From Eutreptiella sp. 'Long Island Sound 2002' (Eukaryota > Protista > Euglenida): a DNA stretch of 64,000 nt. A program made the translations under genes and the position numbers. The notes under the pieces are model-generated. The model saw only the letters and a list, made by a program, of their open reading frames with translations, searched no databases and was not told the origin of the DNA. Positions 46,811-58,122 of this stretch are shown one piece after another. The stretch is from NCBI GenBank assembly GCA_964036045.1, contig OZ038379.1, forward strand, positions 54,746,001-54,810,000, read 5' to 3'. Position 1 is the first letter of the stretch. Each line of letters begins with the position of its first letter.

Positions 46811-48548
46811 GTGACACTGCGCGATATGGAAGGCAACTTCGTATCTCCGTCAAAGCCGCACTTCTTCACCCGGCAGGGTCTACAGTACTCCTTCAAGACT
46901 GGACGGCGGTTTCCACTCGCTGCTTGTACCCGGGAGGCCTTCAATGCTGAGCGGCGAGCTCGTTGTACCCTTCTCCAGCTAGCGCCGCCAATCACCGCTG
47001 GTACCTTCCCTTCGTTCAGCCGCTCATGGCCCATCGCCTCTTGGCTCAATTACGTGCAGTTGCGCAATGCGCTGCGCGATTGCATTCGCTGGTCACAACC
47101 CCTCTTGTTCATTGTGCGGGGCGATGTGTTTTGCTTCATAGGGGGAGGTTGGAGCCACACTGGCATCGTGTTGGCCAACCATGCTCCCCGCGCCCGCCAA
47201 GCGGCGTACTACTAGGCTAGCAGGCTGGCTGTGTGAGGTAACAAGGATATGGCCCAATTGGGTCTCATGTGGCCTGGCAACCTGCATGTATGGTTGCCAC
47301 GAACACGTAGCTATTTCGTTTCGCCGTTTAGTTGTTCAAATTTGAATATTCGAACGTCAAAAAACGTTCAAAAACCGGCACAACTGCCCGAAATTCGTTT
47401 TTCGAATTCCAAAAAAGATTTTTGAACATTCAAAATTCTTATCTGCTTTCAGATTTTGCAGCACATCTACGACACCGGCCGCTTTACTTGAGCCACCGTG
47501 GAACGTGCTGCGACCGTTCGCTGCACCGGTGACAGCCCCTGGGTCCGCTCCTGGGTGGGCGTCTCGATTGGTCCCCAATGGGGGTTGATCTACAACGAGG
47601 CAATATGGGATGCCACCACGCAGCGGTGGGCAAGGCACCCAACAATGCTGCACCCTGCAACGCCATGCGGACCACCACCGCCAATACTTCCTGCATCGCC
47701 ATAGCCTGCAATTGCCGCTTGCGTCGCTAAGCCCCTAGTGCGCATGGTAGGGCAGCACATTTTCATGTGCATTGTGCAGTGCATCATGGCAGTGGGCCGG
47801 TTTCTGGTGCAGTTCTATGGATGCCCTATGCACCGACCATGATAATGCACGGCGGGCCCGTGTCCAGTTCGTCTTGGACGGGGCACACACCGGGATTCGC
47901 ATGGGCTCCGCTGCCTCGCCGGATGGGGAGGAAGTGTACCGGTTGCTGCTATCTTGGGAGCAGGTACAAGATGCGGCGTGCTTGGATGCCGCGCACCCAG
48001 CTGGTCGTGCTGTACTGGAGATGCGGGTGCTGCTGCGGCATCTGTACCGCACTTACTAGCATGGGCCGCCCCCGCATTCTCGTGGGCCAGCCAGCCGCTT
48101 CCGAGAACACGTGGCCCCGAAATCGGGGTCCCACTACCTCCTATTTTTGGAGGAGCACTGCGGCGATGTCTTGGCGGCCCTGCAGCCCCATGGCATAGCC
48201 TTGATTAGCCACAACATTGTTGACTCTGTGAATAGGATTTTGAAGTTGGTCTACAACCACCACTTGGCCCGTGGGAGTGGCTGCGCAGAGCATCCCACAC
48301 TGTGCGAGGCCCGCGTGGTGGCCCAAGTGTGGGAGTGGTGGTTCTTGCCGTTTGATCTGCCACTCCACACGCGGGAAGTCCGCCATAGGACATCATGCTT
48401 GGTTGGTACTCTGATGGAACCCATTGTGCAACCCCCACCTCCCCTTCTCGTTCCCCGCTCGCCACCTCCCCCAGCTATCTTTCAGCATGGACGAAAACGC
48501 TGTCGCGGCGATGATTGCTAGGAGCGACAAACAATTACTTCAAAAAAT
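46811..48548 (+). pseudogene. DDE transposase (element D); intron 47288-47452
   Basis: SRSWPIASWLNYVQ, LLFIVRGDVF (D1), GNKDMAQLGLMW, TGDSPWVRSWVG (D2), SPDGEEVYRLLLSWE, SHYLLFLEEH, NIVDSVNRILK and QVWEWWFLPFD; several stops. Confidence 0.8.
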
Positions 48549-48599
48549 GGTATGCTTGTGCTTGTATTTGTTTGCATTGTCGCATTGTGCGTGCTTGTG

Positions 48600-48790
48600 A
48601 TTGAGTACAGTACAATATAGCACAGTGCAGTACAATGTAGCACAGTACAACACAGTACAGTACAACATAGTGCAATAGAGTAGAACATAGTACAGCACAT
48701 TACAATACAATATAGTGCAATACAGCACATCACAGTACACCACAGCACGGTACAGCACCGTGCAATACAGTACAGCATAGTTGTACACAG
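48600..48790. repeat. Degenerate pentanucleotide microsatellite (CAGTA/CAATA)n within an intron of D
   Basis: Visible 5-bp periodicity. Confidence 0.85.
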
Positions 48791-51783
48791 GGAGCAGGGA
48801 ATATTGTTCAAATGTGAATTTTACAGTCCAGACCAGTACAGAGGGAGCAGGGAATGTCGTTCAAATTTGTATTTTAAAAATTCAAAAATCCTTCAAAACA
48901 GGTGCATTGACGTCAGAACTATTTGAATTTGAATTTTTCTTTTTTGAATATTCCATTGTGGGCATGTGTTTGCAGGTCATGCATGAGCTTGCCGCAATCC
49001 GAGACAAAGAACGTCTTGCGGCGGATCGTTCACCGCGCCCCGGGCCATGATTGGCCCGTCGTTGGTACATTAACTGGTACACTACTGAGCCCAAGAGCAC
49101 CCCGGAGGTTTTGATCCACTTGCGCTCCGACACCTCCGAGGAGCCCAGCAATGCAGGTGGTGCGGTCGCCCGCTTGCCCACCGTCCATTGCCATCGAGCC
49201 CAGTGTAGGGTCTCCACCAACACTGAGGTGCTCTGCGGGCTTCGAGTGCTAGATGGAACCATGCAGTGTGCGCTGCAACACAAACTGCAGGGTGATGTGG
49301 GCGTTCCTGAGGCCATAGAAACAGCGGGGCGTCCAGCGCTGTTGAGTCCTTCCCAACAGCAGCAGGCAGCCATGGCACCGCGACGGCCTTGGCAAGGGCG
49401 CTGGAGGGCACAACCTCGTGCAACCCAGTGCGTGGGGTCGCCCCAATGTCCTCCACAGAATGCTCGGAGCCAAATTGTTGGTCCCCCTCCTCCTCCTTTA
49501 CCACAACCCCAACGTCTCGTCTGCGCTCTACAGCCACGGCCTCGCCTGCCATGCCCTGTCCTGACATGTCCCTCCTGTCACCCTTTCCCATCATGTCCTT
49601 GTCCTTGCTCTCCTTTTTCGATTTCTTTTCTTTTTTGGGGCGCTCATCCTCCCCGCCCACGCTTTCCCCGCACCCTTCCGGCACCGGAGAAGAGGAGTTG
49701 GTGGGGAGGGGGTCGCTTGGGAGGGGGGGGGCTAGAATGGAGGTGCTGTCGCTGCCGATGCTGCTACTGCTAATGGTGCCGCTGGCTAGAATGCAGGTGC
49801 TCCAGCTTGCGGCACTTGGGGATGCAGGGCTCTGGCTGAGCCTGGCATGCCTGGCAAGGTCTATATATCCACGCACAAGCCCACAGATATTGACACCGCC
49901 ATCCCGGGACTACAATGACGCGGCCCGAGACTACGCGCCGATATCCCCGGAAGGCGAATGTCGTCGAGAAGGAGGCTCAAACACCGGAGGGCCTTTTCCG
50001 CGCCGGCGTGGCAGCGTTGCTGGCGCGTGTTAGTAGCCAAGAAGTGCAGGTATGCCCCCCCCCCCCCCCCTTGTGGTCTGCCCCACGGAGCGCAAATTTG
50101 AAATTTAGATGTTGGTGACGTAGGACATTCAAATGTCAAAAGTCCAATTCAAAAATGAGCAGGCGGCGTAGAACTGTCTTTTTTGAAAAAGTCAAAAAAG
50201 AATTTCAAAATTCAAACTGAACGTTTTTTCCTGTCTTGCCTATCGAAATCTGTTTTAGGTCACCGACATTTACACGAACGCTTCACATGCTGCCGCTGTC
50301 CGTGCGCAATTGGAGGGGGCGGACGGCGGCAGCAAGGACATTCTCAACATCGGCGGCCTCTTCTGCCTCCTCTTGAACTGTCAGTGTCCGGCCTCTAGGT
50401 CCTGTGCGGGCTGCACGAATTGATGCAGGGCCGCGAGCTCAGCGGCCTTTGGGCGACTTCGGGGAGGCTGCCGCAACTATGGTTCCCGCTGCAGGAGGGC
50501 GGCAAGAGCTCCACACCCGCGTGCAAGGCGGCCCTAGCCCCAGCCGCCGTCTAGACCGAGGAAAGCCCGCCGCCCGCCCCGCTAGCGCGACTCAAGTTCG
50601 AGTCGCATGACAAGTGGCGGTTGCGCGGGCACAAGCGGCCCCCCAGCTGTACCCTTCGTGAACCGGCCGTTTGAATCCGAGATTCAGGGTACCGTGAATT
50701 TCACCTATTTTTGCTGTGTTTTGCTCGTAACTTGGTGCTATCGTGTGCTTTTGTCGTGCTATCTTCGCCCAAAGTAAGATCCAACAAATGTGTGCAATTT
50801 ACAGTTTTGCAGTAGCCGCATGGTTCAACACATTTGGTGAGATCGCCGTGAATGTGAAATTCACGCACCCAAATTCACGCATAAATTCACGCTAGATTCA
50901 CAGATTCACGAGAATGTGAAATTCGCACGAATTTCGTACGAATTCGTACGAATTTCGTGCGAATTTCGTGCGAATTCGTACGAATCGGCCCCAATTTTGT
51001 CTTGTCACTGCTATTTGTTGCACACATTGGATATTGAACAATTTGTTTTGTAGATCCCTAGATACACGCTAGCAAGCACAATTTCGTTCTAGCCTAAAAC
51101 GACATCGCCAGGGCGTTCTAGCCTACAACGTCTAGCTAGAACGTAGACTAGAACAGGAATCATTCTAGCCTAGATTTGTTCTACAGTAGAACACACATAA
51201 CAAATCAAACCATTATACACATTACATTTCTTATGCTTTGTTGCGTTGCTCACAAATTTATTGGGAAGGGCATAGGTTATAGGTGATAGTGGATGCAGTG
51301 GTGGGGGGTCCATTGGGGTCAAACCATTGTTGCATTGCTCACACAGTTGTTGGGAAGGGCAAAGGTGATAGTTGCTAGTAGATGCATGAGGGTGGGGTGG
51401 GGGGGTCCATTGGGTCAAACCATAGGAGCGTAATCAACCACGTCTAGGGTTGGGAGGGGGGGGGGGCAAGGATACCCCCACCTACACCTGAGTGTCTGGG
51501 TGTGGGGTTAGGAGGGTGTCTTGCTTGTTGCAGTGCGGTTAAGGTTAGGGAGGGTACTCCTTTTCTCTTCACAGGTTTTTTCTACTGTTTCATTCTTCGA
51601 TGTCGGCTCTTCCAAGGTTTTCACCTGCAGCTTGGTAGAAGAGTTGGATTGTTCACCCACCAACAGGGATCGTGACACGTGTTCACACGCCATTGGGTAA
51701 CAGCATCCGTGTTCATGGCTCCGTGCGATTGGGTGCATCCAGACTGAGGTATGTTGCATGTAGATGTTTCGTGTTGCCACATA

Positions 51784-51785
<2 letters not shown>

Positions 51786-51856
<71 letters not shown>
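51786..51856. repeat. (TG)n microsatellite
   Basis: Perfect dinucleotide run. Confidence 0.98.
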
Positions 51857-51858
<2 letters not shown>

Positions 51859-52439
51859 CCTCGGGAACTGTGGTGCATGAAATAAGGGGTGGCCCCCCAG
51901 TGATCGACCAGGGGGGGCGCCAGCCCCCCCGGGAGCTTCTTTGGATATTGCGGTACATGAAAGAAGGGGTGGCCCCCTCCTCCTGTGTGTGTGTGTGTTT
52001 GTGTGTGCGGTGTGTGTGTGTGTGTACATTGCTGCACTTTATGTGTGTGTGGGTGCCGGGGGGGCAGGTATAGGGAAATGTGTGTGGGTGTGGGGACTCC
52101 GGTACATGCATAGGTGGTGTTGGTGTGGCTCTTCTGCCAGTGTCCTCCAAAAATGGTGCGAGATTCGTACGAAGTTCGCACGAAATTCGTACGAAATTCG
52201 TGCGAATTTCGTGCGAATTTCGTACGAATTTCGTGCGAATTTCGTACGAATTTCTTACGAATTTGGTCCCTCAATACGTACCGTGAATGTGGTTGTTACG
52301 AATTTCGTATGAATTTGGTACGAAGTTCAAACAATTTGCATGAATTTGTGTCATTTTTGTGTGTGTGTGGGTGTGCCTGGTCGGAGGGGTTGTTGTTTGT
52401 GTGGGCGTGGGTGCATGGTGTGTGCGTGCCTGGGTGATA

Positions 52440-52990
52440 TGTGCATGCATTGGTGGTTCTTGGGTTCTTGGGTGGTTTTGTTGAATCATGTGGGACAACA
52501 CTTTTGTGTTGTTTGTAGTTTGTGACTGTCTTTCGTTTGTGTTTGTTGCTGCTCAATGTCATTATGTGGGTTTAATGCCTGCTTTTCGATTGCGTTGGTA
52601 TCGCTGTTTTGCTTGCTGCTTGTTGTGCTTCGTCTGTGTGCTGCTCCTCACTGGTGACTGTTGCTGATGACCTGACTCTGTTGTTCTTCTGTGTTGTTGT
52701 TGTGTTGCTGTGCTGTGTGCTATGAGTGGGTGTGGATGGTTGGATGGGTGCCTGCCTGTTGTTGAATCATGTGGGACAATACTTTTGTGCTGTTTGTAGT
52801 TTGTGACTGTCTGTCGTTTGTGTTTGTTGCTGCTGATTGTCATGATGTGTGTGTAATGCCTGCTTTTCGGCTGTGTTGGTACCGTTGTTTTGCTTGCTGC
52901 TTGTTGTGCTTCGTCTGTCTGCTGCTCCTCATTGGTGACTTTTGCTGATGACCTGACTGTGTTGTTCTTCTGTGTTGTTGTTGTGTTGTC
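52440..52990. repeat. Two tandem ~270-bp T/G-rich units at the centre of the internal inverted repeat of E
   Basis: TTGAATCATGTGGGACAA...CTTTTGTG...GTAGTTTGTGACTGTC recurs at ~52481 and ~52762. Confidence 0.8.
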
Positions 52991-53248
52991 GTACGAAATT
53001 CGTGCGAAATTCGTGCGAATTTCATACGAAATTCGTAACAACGACATTCACGGTACACTTCGGGGACGAATTTCGTACGAAATTCGTACGAAATTTGCAC
53101 GAATTTCGTACGAATTTCGTACGAATTTCGTGCGAAATTCGTGCGATTTTTGCAGAACACTGGCAGAAGAGCCACACCAACACCACCTATGCAATAACGA
53201 AGTCCCCACACCCACACACATTTCCCTGTACCTGCCCCCCCCCCCGGG

Positions 53249-53282
<34 letters not shown>

Positions 53283-53615
53283 GACACACACACACACCCA
53301 TGCACAAACACACACATACCCTCAATGAAAGCAAACAGCCCCCCATGCACTCGACCCACACCCACACACTGCGCGCTCACACACCTTGATACTTACCTGG
53401 ACAGTGGATGTGCCACGGTTAGATGTTTAGGGGGGGGGGGTTCTGTGTGTGTGTGTGTGTGTGTATGTGTGTCTGCCTGTGTGTGTGGATGGGTTTCTGC
53501 GGATGTGTGTGTGTGTGTGGGTGGGTGGGTCGTTGTGTCCATGTGTAGTTGGGTGTCCGGTTGTGTGTGTTTGTGTGTACGGGCGTGTTGGTGTGAGGTG
53601 CAGGAAGGGTGTGTC

Positions 53616-53650
<35 letters not shown>

Positions 53651-55659
53651 CTTGTGCGTATATCTGGTTTGGTGCTCCTCACATCCTCACCCGCCCCACA
53701 CACACAGGCGGACGCCCACACCCATAACCAAAAAGACAGTCATACACCCCCCCCCCCCACACAGAGACACACACACACCCATGCACAAACACATACATAT
53801 CCTCAATGAAAGCAAACAGCCCCCCACTCGACCCATACCCACACACTGCCCGCCCACACACCCTCATACGTACCTGGACAGTGGATGTGTGTGTGTGTGT
53901 GTGTGTGTGTTGATTGGTTTGTGCGTGTGGGTACGTGTTTGTGTGTGGGTGTGTATCCATGGGTCCGTGGTTGTGTGTGTGGGTGTGTGGGTGTTGGTGT
54001 GAGGTTTGGGACGGGTTTGTGTGCGTATGTGGTCGGGTGGCCCCCACATCCTCACACACACCAACACACAGACGCACGCCCGCACGTAGAAACAAACAGG
54101 AAGTCACACATCCACCCACATGCAAACCCAACCATACAACCATACACAAACCCACACAAACCCACACACCCCACACAAAGGCACACCCACACACATGTGC
54201 ACATGTTGCCTGTAGCCGGGGTGCCTGCAGGGGTGTTTGGGGGGGAGGTACCCCGGGTGTTAGGACAAATGAGGGGGTGCAGAAGGGTGAAATTGGTATG
54301 AATTCACGTGAATTCACGGCCGTGAATCGGCTACAGGCTTGCCGGGTTCCGGCACCTCTCGTTTTGGGCACGGTTCGGACATGATGGATGCTTTTGGGGC
54401 GGGACTTTCATTGGATGATGCGTAACGAAGCTAGGGGAGGAATTTTGGGCGCTCAAATCCCTTGGAATGAACCAAGAATATGGCATTTTCCCCCAAAAAC
54501 CTCAAAATTTGGGTAAATTCACGTGCAATTCACGCAATTATTCAAACGGCCACTTAACGGCCGTTCACGAAGGGTACAGCCCAGCCCCTCCTCTTCCTCT
54601 TGGAGCCCGAGCTCCACCACGAGCTCAAGCAAGGTGGTGTAAGTCAACCTTGACTTGTGTAAGCCGCCAAAGAAAAAGAAGAAGGAAATGAAGCGCAAGG
54701 GGCAGACCACAGAGGGGGCAGACCACAGGAGGGGGGGGGTGGGGAGAAGGCAACAGAGGGGGTGGTAGAGAAAAAGGGCAGGCACGTAGCGACGAAGGGG
54801 GCCGGGGTGGGGCAGCCGAAGCGGGGTGAAAAGAAGAAGAGGGGGGGAGAGGCACCCGGAGGCCCGCCAGTGTGCGTCTCGCACCCGAAGCAAGTGGAGA
54901 AAGGGCTGGTGGTGGGGAATTTGAAGGGGGGAGGAGCACAAGTGGGTGGTATTCGGCAGTGGAGAGGCACCATACATGGTGGCAGCACATTTGTGCTATG
55001 CCACCGAGGCGACAGCCATAGCGCAGTGGCAAAACGCCACAGCAGTGGGGGGAGAAGCAACATAGCAAGCCCCCCCCCCCCCCCACACACAGGCGGACGA
55101 GGCGGCCAGCCAAGCTCCAACCCCGAGACCAGCAAAGGCCGCGGCACAGCCCGCTATCCGGTCCGCACCCGCGGAGCCCGCTAGCGGGTCCGCGCCTGCG
55201 GAACGTGCCACCGGGTCCACCGAGGACCGAGCCTAGCGCACCCAAACTCTTCAGGAGTCCCCATGGTGCCGCGAACTCCAAGCGACACTGCGGGCCGGGG
55301 TTTCACATCCAGGGGGGGCTCAATAGAGACCGCAAAAACGGGGGGGGGGTTGAGAAAAGGGCTCAATTGACACCATTCTCACGTATGAATAGGGTGGGAC
55401 AGCGTGGGCTTGGTGCCAACACCGCCTTGTGTTTTTAGTGTATGATTCCTTTTCATCAAACCATCGGTGATTCCGAGCAGCAAATTAGCAAGACGAGGCA
55501 GTATACACATGTCGTTCGGTGCGAAGTGTGTTCTAGCGGAAGATTAGCAAGACGGGCCGCTATACAAATGCCGTTTGTTGCGAATTGAAGATCCAAGTGC
55601 AGCGCCATATTCTTTTAGGGGCCAACGCGGTAGTGCGTTCTTTCTTTCATTCTTGTTTG

Positions 55660-56000
55660 TCTTTCCCACCCTTTCTTGCGTGGCCCCTCCAGTTTGGGTT
55701 AGGGACTCGCAATCCACGCTTTGTTGTGTGGCCCGTTGAGTTGGGGTACGGTACTCGTAATACATGCTTTGTTGCCTTGCCCCTTGAGTTGGGGTTGGCG
55801 ACTTGCAATACACGCATTGTTGTGTGACCCCTTGAGTTGTGGTTAGGGACTCGCAATACAAACTTTGTTGCGTGGCCCCTTGAGTTGGGGTTAGGGACTC
55901 ACAATCGACGCTTTGTTGAGTGGCCCCTTCAATTCGGGTTAGGGACTTGCAATCCACGCTTTGTTGCGTGGCCCCTTGAGTTGGGGTTGGGGACTCGAAG
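55660..56000. repeat. Minisatellite, 48-bp unit, ~7 copies
   Basis: GTGGCCCCTTGAGTTGGGGTTAGGGACTCGCAATCCACGCTTTGTTGC-like units at 55680, 55728, 55824, 55872, 55920 and 55968. Confidence 0.92.
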
Positions 56001-57316
56001 GCCGGGAGGCATCTCAAAAGGTGGTGTGGCATGGTTGTGCGTGGTGTGAAAGGCGAAATGGAACGCTTGTTGCGGCAAGCACGTGTTTGTTTGGCGATGA
56101 AAGGGCAATTTGTTGTAGCAAATTTGAAACGGTTCAGCTATTTGGACCTTAGCTGCTCTTGCTCTAAGGCGGAATTCATGAAGCGTGTACACAACCATGC
56201 CGATTCCCTTCGATCCTGCTGCATCTGTCCCTATTGAATCCATGGCCGAGGAAAATGAATATCAGGATTGGGACATTGTTTCTGCTCACTGCCTTACGGG
56301 TGATGCATCAGATGGGAATCACATTCTCACTTGTGGGGTTGGCACCAGTTGTGCGTGACACCTCCTCTTCAGGAGATTTCTACGGGTTGTTGGTTGTGTG
56401 CTGAGTATGTCTCTGCATAGGTTGGACCAGGTAGCCGCTTGGCTGATCCTGGCTATGCACCATCGACGGCTACATCCTCGAGCTGGAGCTCTTCTAGCTC
56501 CACCTTTGCCTCCACCTATGACTCCAGCTCCGCTTTTAACTCTAGCTCTAGCTGTGACTCTCACTCTGATTCCGAGTGCGGCGTTGTCACTGAAGGTGGC
56601 TGTGACTCAGCTGGTGACTCTGTGTCTGACTACCTCATGCGGTTCTAACAGGAGGCCATGGTGGGGCACTACATGCATGTATCCGGAATGAACCGGGTTA
56701 TTGTGTCCTTAAACACAGGTACCACCCCCATTGCATCCACGTACCTCCGCGGGGACGGTTTTTGGGGGTGTTTTGGGATTCATGTCAGTTGAGCCCCTTT
56801 TCGGGGGGGTCCAGCCGGAGGGCTCCATTGACCCCCCCCCACCCGGAATTTAAAACCTGGCAGCCCTGGTGGGGGTGTTACCCCTACCACAACCCGTCCC
56901 AGTGGTTACGGTCTTGCCCACGTTGGATATCTTTGGCGCTTCAATAGCACACAATGAGTTGATCTTTCGGTGGAGTGATTATTTAGCAGCCTATCCAATT
57001 ACTTGACGTCCGATGTCCAATAGAATGTGTGTCCGCAATCAACCATGGCATCCTTTCATCATCACCGAGGCCCAAACAGGAACACGGAATGATCTAGCCT
57101 TTCTAGTGTAGACAATGGGACACATACAAAAATAGAGGGAGACCCCGTTCCCCTTGGTCGCCGACGAAAACATCCATCATCGAATTGTGAAGCCTGCCAC
57201 AGCTCCACTTACGCGTCCTGGGATTTGAGGCCACTGTTGACCAATGGTCCGCCTGTGTTTGGGATATGGCACCATATAAGTACTCGGTGAAACTGACGCA
57301 CCGCCCTTTCTATTAA

Positions 57317-58122
57317 TTGTTTGTTTCCATCACTTGTGGTAGTGCGGAGGCTGGAGTTCAAGTACAAGCATTTCCAAACTTGATATACCCAGAACGTGTG
57401 GTCGCCTGTTTGTTGGTTGCAGCTTCGGATGGACAAGGTCAATTGGATGTTGCACAATGTGCAGGTGACATTTGTGACACTCCCATTAGGTCCAATGTGA
57501 ATGTTGGGAACACCTTGCTTTGTCAACATGCGTTGGCACTATTTTTGTTGGGAACAACGGTTCATATCTGCCACTGGGTCGTGGCGATAGTACCGCAACC
57601 AAGAAGGCACTGCATTACTCACTGCATGTTATGGCGCGCCCCACACTGGGCCGTGAACACCTCGTGGGGTACTTCTCAAGTGTACTCACTTCTATTTTGA
57701 TGTGGTGCCCTTGGATGACGGATATCCTTGCGCAATGCCATTAAGAGGAAATGTGTTAGGCAATGTTGTCGTGGTTGATTTCATCGATGCGTTGTCGTGC
57801 ACTAATGAACGGTGGGGATTCAATACCTGACTTGTATTTGCTTTTGAAGCCTGCCATTCACCATGTCAAAGACCTAGTGAATAACCGTATTCCTGTGGGA
57901 ATGTATTCTTATAAAGTGAGGAACCTACAGCGCTTGGTGCATGGTCTGCGGAATGACAAGGTACCTGCCATCCAGTTGGAGAGGGCAAAGATGGAGACTG
58001 TTCATCCCATGTGGGCAGGGGTGCTAGACTATTTCGTGTCATTCTCAACTCTTATGGAGAGAAAATTGGGCAGAGCTTTGTCGCAACACGTTGCACACAG
58101 CGACCAGTGTGGTGGATGCTAG
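57317..58122 (+). pseudogene. Decayed coding remnant with a SWIM-like zinc finger
   Basis: CAGDIC-x15-CQHALALFL at 57458-57545 resembles the SWIM C-x-C...C-x-H pattern found in MULE and Zisupton transposases. Confidence 0.35.

Larger units (their letters stand above)
50652..54574. mobile_element. Element E: 3.9-kb non-coding TIR element (CCCTT...AAGGG) with TA target-site duplication, inserted in D
   Basis: Both ends read CCCTTCGTGAAC(C)GGCCGTT inward; TA at 50650-50651 and 54575-54576; interior holds GAATTCGTACGAATTTCGTG and GTGAATTCAC arrays, TG/CA microsatellites and an internal inverted duplication (~51960-52330 vs ~53000-53370). Confidence 0.88.
46480..55394 (+). mobile_element. Element D: third subfamily (TTCAAA/TTTGAA/TTCGAA motif), interrupted by element E
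   Basis: Transposase, DIYTN exon (50259) and Tudor-like segment (~54870-55020) in the same order as A; candidate right end ...GTATGAATAGGG at 55394; left end not found, so both boundaries are approximate. Confidence 0.65.

Noticed and set aside
51508-54384. Long ORFs rich in VCVC/HTHT (e.g. 52890-54002, 370 aa)
   Set aside because: Translations of TG/CA microsatellites and motif arrays inside non-coding element E.
55660-56000. TTAGGG within the 48-bp unit as telomeric sequence
   Set aside because: One hexamer per unit, never in tandem.
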